NCBI RefSeq assembly: GCF_963506605.1
Contig: NC_083287.1
Location: forward strand, 9,424,001-9,488,000
Direction of reading: 5' to 3'
Source of the DNA: Zootoca vivipara
Taxonomy: Eukaryota
DNA: 64,000 nucleotides
The notes under the pieces are model-generated. The model ran no database searches. It was not told where the DNA came from and saw nothing but the letters and a program-made list of their open reading frames with translations. The position numbers and the translations under genes were made by a program. Below are positions 49,258 to 61,522 of the stretch, piece after piece (position 1 is the stretch's first letter; every line of letters begins with the position of its first letter).

Positions 49258-51321
49258 ACATTATTATTAACAGCAGCTGAGTTGTACCACCCTTCGCAGC
49301 CCTCCCCATGGAGTGAGAAGTGGGGGATGGTGTCGCTTTTGATCAGGAGAAAAGATCAGCTATACTGTGTCCTCGTTCGGAGCATGGTGGCTTCCATTGC
49401 CGATACTGTGCCAAGAGTCTGGAACCGGCCCTTCAAGGAATCCTTGGTGTCTTGCCTTCTTCATGTGAAGGCTTCCCTGTATTCCGAAACCTTTCATGAG
49501 CAAGGTAATGTATGGAAATAATTTCTGGTACATACTCTGAGTCATCAGCTTAAATAATGTTCACTATTATTCTTTTATTACATTATTTCTTCCTTGTGTT
49601 CCTTCCATTGAACCCAAGGTGATGTGTATGTCCTTACAAGGCTGTTGCCTATCCAGGTATTGACTGGACTGAGCAACATGGAAGCTGGGGGGAAATACAA
49701 AAGACCAGGGAGAGAGGAAGAAGAAGAAAAAAGATGGAGCAACTCAGAACTCCATCACCCCTTACTCTCTCCAGAAATGCAAGAGAGAAGTTATGGCTTC
49801 CTTGAATATATTCTTCATTTTGTAAATGGTTAATAAACTTCACTTTATATTTATGGACATCTTGGATTCTGAAAGTTACTATTACAAGAGCAACACACCA
49901 ACCAAACCCTGACTTTCTTAGTCTCAGCAAGGGAGCAGAACATCTGCCTTCAGACCATACGCTGGAATCTCTCCATGTTCATGCACATATTCCCTTGTGA
50001 TCAGAAGTAGGATGCAAATGCAGATTTTCACCAACTGAAAAAACACCCCACCTGTAGCTCCATTTCTCTAAAATAAAATGGGCATAATTAGGGTTGTTGA
50101 TTACCGTAGTTATTCCTAAAATACAATTAGGGACAAAATGGAGGAGTTACCCAAATTGCTTCCAATTCAACAGGACTATGAATACCTTTAAAACTTTAAT
50201 GTAGTACAATTGGAGACACTGGGTAAAATATGATATGACTCAGTTAGCAAAAATGTTATTCTACAATAGGGAAAACGTTACACAACAGATATGTTCAGAA
50301 GATATAATACTGATCATATTCTTTTTCACAATGAGGAATTTAAGGTAAGATTATAAAATATGGAATATACAAAAAATAGGAATTGGTGGTGCTTTTGTGG
50401 ATTTTTGTTTAGAACTGTGAAATTCACCACTATCAAGATACACGTGACTGATCAGACCACTTCTCTTCCAGTACTTGTCAACTCTGGCATTTGTCATTGC
50501 TGTTAATACTGCTAATTCTGTTACCGCAGAAACAGTAAGCAAGCTTCTGTAAAGTCTGAAAAAAAATCATAGAAGTTGGGCAGAACAATTAAGGCCTGAA
50601 ATTTTGGAACTGGGGCCGGGCAGCCACTCCCCCCCCCCCAATACAAAATACCTGGGAGGAAGAGAATGTCATCCTATCTGCCAGAGTTCAAGGGACATTT
50701 TTGGTCCATTTCCAAGAGATATGGTTGGTGCAACAGCACCCTTTCTAGTTTTCAAGCTTCTCCAATTAAAATAAGTTAAAGGCAGCCCTCTAATCACCAC
50801 GTTGAGTTGTGAGTAGGGAAAAATATGGGGGATTTGGACTTCTTTTTAAGAAAATACGCACATTTATGCAGAAATGAGACAGAATGGACTGAGCAGGGAA
50901 CAAAAGGTAAACAGAATGGAAATAACCCAATCTGTCCATTGCTATTCAATGTACAATCTTATCATTGATGCTCAAGGCCAAGCTCCACCACGTGGAAACT
51001 TCCACTTTCTCCAAAGCTTCCTTTAGTCTTCAAAGAATGGATATTTTGAGAAAAGTTAATGAGACTTATGACAAGATGATGGAGTAAGGTTTATCAATTT
51101 GTCTTGCTTTACCAATCAAATCAAACACTTCATTTAGAGTTTCCATTTGCCTCATAAAGCTAATAATGCATTTCATCTGCATATTCACCGTCATTAACTT
51201 TTGTCACAGCATTTTGCCAAAATAGAGCCTGTCGACACTTTCAGTGCCGGTGATAAACATCACTTAATTTATTTTCAATTAAGTACGCTCTCTGTGAAAT
51301 GATAACACAGAAATAGTTTGC

Positions 51322-51365
51322 CTCCATTTTACAGGCAGAAAAAACAAGGCAAGGTGAAATAAGCC
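51322..51365. mobile_element. Possible MIR/CORE-SINE remnant
   Basis: CCATTTTACAGGCAGAAAAAACAAGGC resembles the CORE motif CCCATTTTACAGATGAGGAAACTGAGGC. Confidence 0.35.
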
Positions 51366-51439
51366 TGTAATATCTGCTGTGTATCCCTTGAGAGACAATG
51401 GTAGGTGCTATCTCACTGGGTCTGACTAACACACCCCTC

Positions 51440-52200
51440 ACAAGAGCAGCCGTGTCAAAGGTCCATTTAGCCAAACAACCTGATTCACACATTGGCCAAT
51501 TAGATGTCTTCAGGAAACCTACCAGCAGGAAATACAAGCCCTGTAACACCAGCAAGTAATATTTAGTGCTTCAGACCATGAAAGCAAAACTTGTATCTTC
51601 CATGAATTTGCCTCAGATAAGCTGATGGCCATCACCACAGCAGATGGCAGATAATTTCATAAATTCAATTAGCTGTCTTGAATCTCAATACAATTGGTTT
51701 CATCAGGTCACCCATTCCGAGTTCTAGTACAGGCTTACTCAACCTCGGCCCTCCAGATGTTTTTGGACTACAACTCCCATGATCTCTAGCTAGCAGGACC
51801 TGAGGAAGCCTGTTCTAGTATTATGATCGAGGAGGAATACCTCTCATCCGTATCATGTATTAATTCTATAGATCCCTATCATAGTCACTCTTAGTTGCCA
51901 TTATTGGAGAAACCCCAAAACATCCTTAAAAAGTTTAGCAATTTAGCCTTGACTCAAAGAGATGGTTCTTCAACATCTTGACAATTCTGGATGCTCCTTT
52001 CTGCACCTTTCCCAGTTATACCTTTCTGAAACAGAGAGAATAGAGCTCTACAAAGCATTTTGAATGCTGTTACACCACAGATTTATATGAAGGCAATATG
52101 ATTCTGGCTTTTTTATTTTCAATCCCTTTCCTAATACTCCCTGTAATAGAATTTCCCATTTTCACAGCTGCTGCACATGAAATTCATGCTTTCGCTCACC
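51440..52200 (-). mobile_element. Old CR1 3' fragment (ORF2 end plus 3' UTR)
   Basis: Reverse strand gives degenerate CAAAVK.NS..GIIRKGIENK...ILP.YKS..LEKVQK; CR1 3' UTR motif at 51440-51530. Confidence 0.7.
51730..51812. mobile_element. 83-bp internally deleted family A-related MITE
   Basis: CAGGCTTACTCA...TGAGGAAGCCTG; perfect TSD TTCTAGTA. Confidence 0.88.
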
Positions 52201-52274
52201 TATCTCCTAGTTGGTTCAGACTCCATCAGTGTGTGGCTGAAGTAACAACTTTGTCCCAATGTGCATTATTAATG

Positions 52275-52775
52275 GAAGAGGGTCGTCACTAAGTGGTAGG
52301 TAGAGCATTTGCAGTGCGCGCAAATAGTGGCGTAGCATGGGGTGCCAGTGCCTGGGGCTGTGCGGAACAGGAGGTGAGTGGGAGGGAAACAGATGGAGTA
52401 CGCATGCACATTCAACTGCCTAATGGCATCCGCATCACCCAGCAGATCGCAGCTGTGGAGATAAGAAGTTGTTCCGTTGTCTGGAGAAGTCGTTTCCCAG
52501 GTCGCATGGAGAAGCTGTTTTCAGTACAGCCCAGAGAGGGAAGCATGCAGCTGTATTGAGAAGCAGCACTGGGTGTTGAAATTTTGCGCCTCTATTTTGC
52601 GCCTGGGGCAACCGCCCCACGGCCCCTCCCACGCTATGCCACTGCTTGCAGATGCTTCCAGGTTCAATCCCTGGCATCTTCAGGTTAGAGGCTGAGACCC
52701 TGAAGAGTCGGTGGACAATACTGGGCTAAAATGGACCAATGGCCTGTCTCAGCACAAAACAACTTCCTATGTTTA
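52275..52775 (+). mobile_element. Squam3-like tRNA-derived SINE interrupted by a MITE
   Basis: A-box region AGTGGTAG..GAGCAT, B-box GGTTCAATCCC, 3' GACAATACTG..TGGACCAATGG..CTTCCTATGTT. Confidence 0.7.
52325..52644. mobile_element. hAT (Tip100-like) MITE inserted between the A and B boxes of the SINE
   Basis: TIRs TAGTGGCGTAGC / GCTATGCCACTG; degenerate 8-bp TSD CGCGCAAA/CTTGCAGA. Confidence 0.7.
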
Positions 52776-54988
52776 TGTCAAACACTTTTGCTCAGTTCCA
52801 GCTAGTGAGCTATTCCTGGGCAGAGATAATTTGGCCACATGATTTATGCTTTGATCAGCTCCATGTGGATTACTGTAGGGTACTCTATGTGGAGTGTCAT
52901 TTGAAGAACACTCAGAAAATGCAAATCCAGTGGCCCATCTTTTGCATGGCTATCATGTGGAGTCCCATAACTCTGATTTTTAAAGAGGGCTGGTCTGGCT
53001 GGCTGAGGAATCTGTGGGGCTTTGGATCAACTGGTTTGCCAGCCCCAGATCCCCTCTATCAGGACTTTTGTCCTGCCGTCCTTGGAGGAAGAACTGCTGG
53101 AAGCACCTTTCCACCAGCCCATCACCACCAGTGACAGCCTCTCTGCTGCAGGAGGCCAGCAGAGAGCCAGCAATTTCCATGGAGGAGGGGGTTGTGCTTT
53201 AAATCCAGTGCCAACAGGATCGTTTTCCATGTCTCTTCCTTCCTCCCACCCTCCCACCAGGCTGAGCGTTTCCTTGCAAAACCTGCTTCTTGAGTGAAGA
53301 AACCAAGGTCATCACAGCAGAAACCATCAAATTACCACTGCCAGATCAGAATTAGCCCAGTGTAGCCTTTCCCACTCTTTTACCCAAGCACCCCATGATG
53401 GATTTTTGCTGCACCACACTCCGTAAACGTGTTCATTTTTCATTTCCCCCAGGTGCTCAGCATGCAGCAGCATTCTACCTTTCAAAAAAAAGAGGGGAAA
53501 AATAGGGGGTGCAGTATAATATGCTTTGATTTAAATTATTAGCCCTCTGCACTGTTTCTTTCAGATGTTATTTTCCTGCCTGTTCCTCTGACTGCTGAAC
53601 ACAATTGCTACAACTCAATTATTAAAACGGATGCTAAAAATAGCTCCACAAGAGCTTGTCTGCAAAGCAAAATCTTTCAAACACCACCAGATACTCCAGA
53701 CAGAAGCTGCTTAGCTTTTTAAAATTCTTTTCTGTTGTTTCCTTAACCCCCCCCCCCACAAAAAAATGCTCCCCAAGTGACATAACAGTAAAATCAACAA
53801 TATAAAAACAATAATCTTAGGGGCTTCTGCATACATGTTTCTTTGAAGTCCTGGGAGTTTGCAATTGCTTATCAGCCTTTCGATGCCAGAACTACTGCTC
53901 TAATGAAATATGCAACCTTGTCATGTTCACTTATGTCTCCGACTGGCAAGTCTGGGACACTACGCATATTGGGATTCCAGCTAGTACCCCTTTGAATCAC
54001 TTTCTGGCTCTTACATCCCAGAGCCAACCTGGTGGGTACAAAATTGTACTGGGGTTTTCAACTGGCAATATTTATATCCTTTGCAAATGAGGTGTGCAGC
54101 TCAAAAATGGCCGTAGTTGCTCACAACATGCATGGAGTCACACAGGATACAGGAAAATGTACTACAAGGGTGAGGAACCTGCTGCAAGGCTCAAAGAAAT
54201 GCTTGTGAGAGGAACTGATCAATATGTACGACAACGAAAATGTGTGATTGAGATTAAACTTATTAACTACTATCTTTGATTTAATTTATTTTTTAATCAG
54301 ACATACGAAATATGTAAAATAAAATCAGGTTTAATGTTTTGTAAAACCCGGATACTAAATATTAAATTTATGAAAAATCAAAGCGTTGTGTCTGCTTTAC
54401 AAAAAAACTTTAAGCAGTATCACAAGATGCATTAGGATGGGATTTTTAAAAAAAACTGATCAATGCCTAATGCAATAAAAGATTGAAATTAAGTGACTAT
54501 TGATTACTGGCTACTCTCCTTGATTTAAATAATACAGTAAAATCATGTTACAGGCAACCTGTTACTACTTGTCTATCCCCTTCTTTCCCTTCACACACTT
54601 AGAATAATTTACATGTAAGAGAGGGCAATCTGATATTTTGAGCAAATATATGGATTATACCCAAGCGTGGACATGGTGCACAGACTACCAATAATTGCAA
54701 AAACTATGACAATTGCAACAATAATAAAGTTAAGTCCAGTTCCCTTTGACTCTTTCTCCTTCTAAACTATTTCCATTCCAGCTTTTCATTATAAGGACAA
54801 TGTAACTTTAAGACACTGTGCCTGAGTTTGCTTATTTTTCTCTTCCCTCCTCCTCCCCCTTTCCTTTTGGGTCTGCAGGCAGGAACTGTTTTGCTTCTGT
54901 TGATCTTATGTAAGCTGCTCTGGGGGCATTTTTCAGCTGAAGAGTGGTACACAAATGCTGCAAATGAATAAAACTACCATGGCCAGTC

Positions 54989-55291
54989 CATAGCTGCCAA
55001 GTCTCCCGTTTTTAAAGCTGTTTCCCGCTGTTATCCCGAATAGCAAAATATCCCGTAATTCCCCTGGATTTTCAAAGCAGCTCCTGCTGGCCAGGGAGGC
55101 TCCTTCTGCGCATGTCTGGACATGCACAGAACCAATTTCGGGTGCCGCTTTGCCCATGTCTGGGCACCGGAAACCGGGTAGCGCTGGCACCGGAAGTCGC
55201 TTCTACGCATGTCTGGACATGCGTAGAAGCGACTTCCGGTGCCACGCCGCTGCTGATCCCGTATTTTTCAATCTGGGAGTTGACGGGTATA
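54989..55291. mobile_element. Family B-related hAT MITE with a long internal palindrome
   Basis: 5' CATAGCTGCCAAG, 3' GTTGACGGGTATA; perfect TSD GGCCAGTC; CpG-rich. Confidence 0.87.
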
Positions 55292-56239
55292 GGCCAGTCC
55301 CCTCTCCAGACTTCAGATTATGCAGACAATCTGAGTGCAGAATTGGGAAATTTCGTCTGAAATACTGCTGGGGGGGGGGGAGTACTTGCTTATCCATGCT
55401 AATCATCTGTGTGACCTTTATATGAGCTAAACTCACACCTGCAATTGGTTTAAATGGAAATAAAACTCTTGAAAATCATTTTGTATGGGTATTTTTCTAT
55501 AGTCACTGCACAGTACTCCATGGCTCAAAGGCATGTGGTGAAAAGATAAAGATTTCCCCCCCCCCCCCGAGTGTAGATATACCTGAACTAAAGCTTCTAT
55601 GTGCTCCAGAGGGAATTCAGGGTAACGGTTAAGAAACAAAATGGGCAAAAATAGTAGAACATAGTGAAGTCTGACAGATTCCTGTGTGTCCTTGAACTAG
55701 CTTGCTTTTTCACCTCCCTTTAGCTCCCTTTCCAAGCCAGTTATTGGACTTCAATCCTGCATGTCTAGTCTTTTTCCTGACCACAATAGCCCTTGCCAGC
55801 CTTATTACATATTTATCCTGCTCTTCCCACAAATGACTCAAGAGCATATCAGGTTCTCCCCACCCCACCCACATTTCATCATCACAACAATCATGTGATG
55901 CTGAGATAATATCTGGCTGGCCTCAAATCACACATATCAGGGCTTCCCAGGTATCAAGGTTTATCAATGCCGGCTGATCTTTCTTGAAAACCAGCAATAC
56001 TGTTCACACATAAGTTTATCCCTAAAAAACTGTTACTTCATTCATTTCTTTCTGTCTCGTCTTCCTTTTTCATATCAACACCTTGAAAACATTTACCTCG
56101 AAATGAATAGTCTTAACATTCCTCAGTCTGTTGTTCTCAATATTCTATTAATGGAGTTCTTGGAATCTAGATCGGTCAGCTCTTACAAATTGCAGCAAAG
56201 TGGAACCTCCATGTTCAGTAAAATATACCTCTGAATAGC

Positions 56240-57150
56240 AGACAAGGTTGTATATTGTCTCCCTGCTTATTTAACTTATATGCAGAATTCATCATGCGAA
56301 AGGCTGGACTAGATGAATCCCAAGCCGGAATTAAGATTGCCGGAAGAAATATCAACAACCTCAGATATGCAGATGACACAACCTTGATGGCAGAAAGCGA
56401 GGAGGAATTAAAGAACCTTTTAATGAGGGTGAAAGAGGAGAGCGCAAAATATGGTCTGAAGCTCAACATCAAAAAAACCAAGATCATGGCCACTGGTCCC
56501 ATCACCTCCTGGCAAATAGAAGGGGAAGAAATGGAGGCAGTGAGAGATTTTACTTTCTTGGGCTCCTTGATCACTGCAGATGGTGACAGCAGTCACGAAA
56601 TTAAAAGACGCCTGCTTCTTGGGAGAAAAGCAATGACAAACCTAGACAGCATATTGAAAAGCAGAGACATCACCTTGCCGACAAAGGTCCGTATAGTTAA
56701 AGCTATGGTTTTCCCAGTAGTGATGTATGGAAGTGAGAGCTGGACCATCAAGAAGGCTGATCCGCCGAAGAATTGATGCTTTTGAATTATGGTGCTGGAG
56801 GAGACTCTTGAGAGTCCCATGGACTGCAAGAAGATCAAACCTATCCATTCTTGAGGAAATCAGCCCTGAGTGCTCCCTGGAAGGACAGATCGTGAAGCTG
56901 AGGCTCCAATACTTTGGCCACCTCATGAGAAGAGAAGAATCCTTGGAAAAGACCCCTATGTTGGGAAAGATTGAGGGCACTAGGAGAAGGGGACGACAGA
57001 GGACAAGATGGTTGGACAGTGTTCTCGAAGCTACGAACATGAGTTTGACCAAACTGCGGGAGGCAGTGCAAGACAGGAGTGCCTGGCGTGCTATGGTCCA
57101 TGGGGTCACGAAGAGTCGGACACGACTAAACGACTAAACAACAACAACAA
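56240..57150 (+). mobile_element. 5'-truncated BovB LINE (RT C-terminal half, one +1 frameshift at ~56762)
   Basis: RQGCILSPCLFNLYAE...NNLRYADDTTLMAES...; (CAA)n tail; extra C in GCTGATCCGCCG relative to the 33210 copy. Confidence 0.97.
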
Positions 57151-58872
57151 GCAGCTGCTGAGGACAAAATAACAGAGGAGGGGTTTTGCATTTAGGAGCT
57201 GCATGTAAGATTCACAAAAGCAAAAGGCTGGTCACTGTTAGAACTAGATATACCATTAGTGCAGATCATGGGTTGGCAGAAGGTAGGCTGGGATCTATTG
57301 GTAGATTTCTGGGTGATTTGCTGTGGATTGGAAAGAGTTCCCGACTCCTAATTGTCTAACAATAGCAGTAATAAAACAGCTTCACAGCTAAATTAAGCTG
57401 CTGAAAAATAAGGCTCCAGAGGAATAAAATGAGGGATTGGCATGAAAGGAAATGCGAGCTTGGTTCAGGCACCGATCACAAATTCATGGGCTCAGCATGT
57501 GCTCAGAGGCCCCCAGTTCCATAATTCTTGGACTGGTGAGAGGACCTCAGGGTTCTAGGAAAAACCAAAGAAGGTCTTGCAATCCTGAAGTATGCCCACT
57601 CCTAATCTAGATAGATCACGATTGTGTTCCTCTAGTTTTTATTTGACCCCAACTCCCATCAGCTCCAACCACCATAACCAATGGTAAAGGATTATGGGAG
57701 CTGTAGTTTAATAACATCTGGAAGACCACAGGCTTCCCATCCCTGAGATACATCTTTGGTCGTATGCAACCTTACCTGGGAACAAGTCTGATTGAACTCC
57801 AAGGGGCTTACTTCTGAGCAGACATCTATGGGCTTGAACTGAATATGCAGTTTTAGTTTAGTGGTGCATATACTTGGGGACAGCGAAAGAAAGTCAAGGT
57901 TTGAGCACTGACTCTTTTCTCATTGTGCTTATTTCGAGCATGCCCAAATATATTCTAAAATACGAACGGTATATTTGTTGAGATTGGTTTCAATTCACAG
58001 TGACTCAGAGGCTGACTGGATGTGTCATGACGAATTTGGCATCCCCTCTGAACCCTTTCATTATCATAAGATCAGTCCAACCAGCATGCGGCATTCTAAA
58101 ACTAAGTGGGAGGCTGGAAGCATGATGTGTTTGGTGAGGGGATACCTGAGTGGGGGAAAGGAACAAGTGGGCTCTCCAACAAAATTCCTGTCCTCTAAGA
58201 GGAGCTCTCCTGCTCAAGGTTCCCAATAGCTTAGAATATGAACCTTATAGTGCTGTTTAGCCCTGTCAAGGTGCAGGAAATATGGAATTTCAGGAGTTGG
58301 AGCAGATAAAGGAGAATGACCATAGTGTACTGGGGGACACTTGACCACCAGGTCAGGGTTGCAATTTATACCCCACCCCACCCCCATCAACACGGATTGA
58401 CCAGCTCCCTGGGAGAGGCCAACCAAACCCTGGCTCCTTGCTGGAGCACCACAATTTTTGCAAAACTGCCCACCAATGAAGGTACCATAAGTAGACTTTT
58501 TTTGAACATTTAAAAGTGCAACTGGTTTACAAGTCAATGAAACAGGAGGCTTCTGCATATAACCGAGTGCTAGAGTTGCATACTTTCCTCTACTAAACAC
58601 ATTTTCAAACATCTTTTTTTTGGGGGGGGGTGGCTAATCTCACCAGAAAATTCAGAGAAGTGAGAATAGCTTCATTTTGTTTTCCATATTGTTTGGGGAA
58701 GTATGAATTAGGCTGAATCGCATTAGAGTACCAATCATACTCCATTTCCTCCCCCATTTTTAGTGAGTGCTCCCATTTTTCCACGTAAGCGTAGGTACTT
58801 TCCTCCAAAGACTGGGATTATAACATTTCATGCCACAAACAACCTGCAGATGCCTTCTTCCTTGAAACATGT

Positions 58873-59491
58873 CAGCAGCTAAAAAAGCCAATGCAATTCT
58901 GGGCTGCATCAATAGGAGTATAGCATCTGGATCAAGGGAAGTAATAGTACCACTGTATTCTGCTCTGGTCAGACCTCACCTGGAGTACTGTGTCCAGTTC
59001 TGGGCACCACAATTCAAGAAGGATAATGACAAGCTGGAACGTGTCCAGAAGAGGGCAACCAAAATGGTCAAATGCCTGGAAACAATGCCTTATGAGGAAC
59101 GGCTTAGGGAGCTGGGTATGTTTAGCCTAGAGAAGAGAAGGTTAAGGGGTGATATGATAGCCATGTTCAAATATATTAAAAGATGCCATATAGAGGAGGG
59201 AGAAAGATTGTTTTCTGCTGCTCCAGAGAAGCGGACACGGAGCAATGGATTCAAACTACAAGAAAGAAGATTCCACCTAAACATTAGGAAGAACTTCCTG
59301 ACAGTAAGAGCTGTCCGACAGTGGAATCTGCTTCCAAGAAGTGTGGTGGAGTCTCCTTCTTTGGAGGTCTTTAAGCAGAGGCTTGACAGGCATATGTCAA
59401 GAATGCTTTGATGGTGTTTCCTGCTTGGCAGGGGGTTGGACTGGATCGCCCTTGTGGTCTCTTTCCAACTCTATGATTCTATGATTCTATG
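58873..59491 (+). mobile_element. Young 5'-truncated CR1 LINE with an intact ORF2 C-terminus
   Basis: [16 protein letters not shown]...[20 protein letters not shown]...[13 protein letters not shown]; (ATTCTATG)n tail; short ATGTC duplication at the ends. Confidence 0.97.
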
Positions 59492-60844
59492 TCCCGCAAA
59501 ATCCTTGCCAAGGCATCAGGTATCGCTAGACCCGATACTTAAGATTTTCCTGGCTTGCAAATATGACTGTTTTCTTTAAGCAGGAGTTGGGAACCTCAAA
59601 CCCAGGAGCCAAATATGGCCCCCAGGCTCCTCTGTCTGGTTTTGGGACACTCCACACACCACATCCCCTCTTCTCAGGTCTCCCCCTTTGACTGCCCCTC
59701 TTCTGCCCTCTCCTTAAATGATTTGCCCCTCATCTTGCTTGCTGCAGTGGTGGATACAGGTGCAGGAGAGTTTGCCTCGAATGGAGTCTACTATACAAAT
59801 ATAAGAGTCATAGCCTTTGCTCCACCCACTTTTTGCCTCTGCCCTTGGGCTGAAAAGGGTTTCCCACCCTTGTCTCAGAGGGCATTTGATGTGTGGCCTC
59901 TGTAGCAGCAAACCATTCTTAAACCTGCAGGGAGGTTTTGGCTAGAAGCACGTTCAGGTTTTTCCTGGCCCATTTGCTAGAGGAATAGGAGTGCCCCTCT
60001 CCTCTTGTCGCAGATAAGTTCCTTCACCTGGATTCTTCCATTGTGCGACATGGGTGTCAGATTTGGCCTCTGTTTCACTATCGAACTTGGATACGAGGTT
60101 AATTTAATTGTTTGGCAGCTCCAGCAGTCTCTCCCTGCTCCTTTGTAATAGTGCGAGAGAACAAAGAGGTCTCTGATATTATCTTAAGACAAGAAGATCT
60201 CTTGCTTGGCAATTTTCATGCTGTCAAATATGAGATTGTTAAAGAACTTATCAGTAGGTGGCTTTTGATCAATATTTTGTTAAAGCAAAGACAATTACAT
60301 CCCAATTTAGCAAATATATGACTAGCTTTCAGGAAAATACCTTCTGACAGAATCTTGAGGCTCCTGTTCAGAAAGCCACCCTCCTTTTCAATTGAAATAT
60401 CAATGTTTTCAACATGCAAGCACTCGCAAACTTTTGACAGGGCACATTCTACTTAAAAATGGAGCCAAGAAGAGCTAACATGATCTCCCATGGACTCAAA
60501 TTCAGGGCTTGTGCTAAAATGAATGCTCGGCCCACATGAAGTTGCATCCACTTCCTTCTGCTTATTCCTGTTTTTATCTACCGGTATAATCTTTGGCATC
60601 AATAGGGAATGATAGCTGGGTTACAAAGTGAATGAGAGAGGATGTGAATGACTGCTTTTCCAGGGTGTGATATAGTAACCTTCCTCATTCCTTGACAGGG
60701 CTTCACTCCACTGTGGAACCAATTGTCAACTTTTGCCAGGGGAAATATTCACCTGTCACATTTGCCTTTCCCCTCTAGGAGTTCATTACCACCCTGATAG
60801 GTGAAGACAGACAGCAAGGGAGAGACTGGTTCAAGGAAACAGAG

Positions 60845-60884
60845 GGTATCTGAAGAAGTGTGCATGCACACGAAAGCTCATACC
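60845..60884 (+). ncRNA. Minimal type I hammerhead ribozyme motif
   Basis: GGTAT (helix I) CTGAAGA A GTGTGC-AT-GCACAC (helix II) GAAA GC TC | ATACC (helix I'); predicted cleavage after C60879. Confidence 0.75.
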
Positions 60885-60928
60885 AAAATAAAAACTTAGT
60901 TGGTCTTTAAGGTGCTACTGAAGGAATT
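60845..60928 (+). mobile_element. 84-bp Penelope-like pLTR mini-insert
   Basis: 15-bp TSD TTCAAGGAAACAGAG (60830-60844, 60929-60943); homologous to 10376-10451. Confidence 0.85.
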
Positions 60929-61052
60929 TTCAAGGAAACAGAGTTAGGGCCAAATGACATGTTAGGCAGAGTTTTGTGTAGTGGTTCCTTGGGTGCTTTT
61001 TGTTTTTACATGAAAAGCAGCTGACAGAAGTTGCATCTACGAGTGCAGCAGG

Positions 61053-61102
61053 CAGTGCCAGATTTACGTATAAGCTAAACGAGCTATAGCTTAGGGCCCC
61101 AC

Positions 61103-61154
<52 letters not shown>

Positions 61155-61522
61155 GAAAAAACAACTGGATGTACATTTCCAAAATATAAGATAAAAATAA
61201 AATAAAACCTACATACAGCAACAGTCTTTTGTGTTGTGTAGGTTCCTATGATGCAAGTAATGGGCCCCACCTGCTAGCCTGCTTCCTAAAATATCACTGG
61301 TTGCTCATTTCTATATATAGGGTGCCTACATTCTGCATGGACTGATTGCATGGCAACATGTGCAAATGGATTTAGATACCTCTGAGGTCCATAAATCACC
61401 ATATAGCATATAATCAAAGCAAAAAACAGCAACAATTTGTTGTTGACAAAGGAAAGCTGGACATGTAAAAGGCCCCATTACCTTCAGTAGCTTAGGGCCT
61501 CATGAAACCTAAATTCACCCTG
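61053..61522. mobile_element. hAT (Tip100-like) MITE containing a (TAA)n expansion
   Basis: CAGTGCCAGATTTA / TAAATTCACCCTG; subterminal AGCTTAGGGCC repeats; TSD GCAGCAGG/GCAGGAGG; (TAA)~17 at 61103-61154. Confidence 0.8.

Noticed and set aside
50472-50534. 63-nt plus-strand exon-like unit (TTCTCTTCCAG|...ACA|GTAAGC)
   Set aside because: No partner exons or recognisable peptide; such pseudo-exons are common
51634-51652. CTCF-like CACAGCAGATGGCAG
   Set aside because: Lies within a decayed CR1 and deviates from the core; probably coincidental
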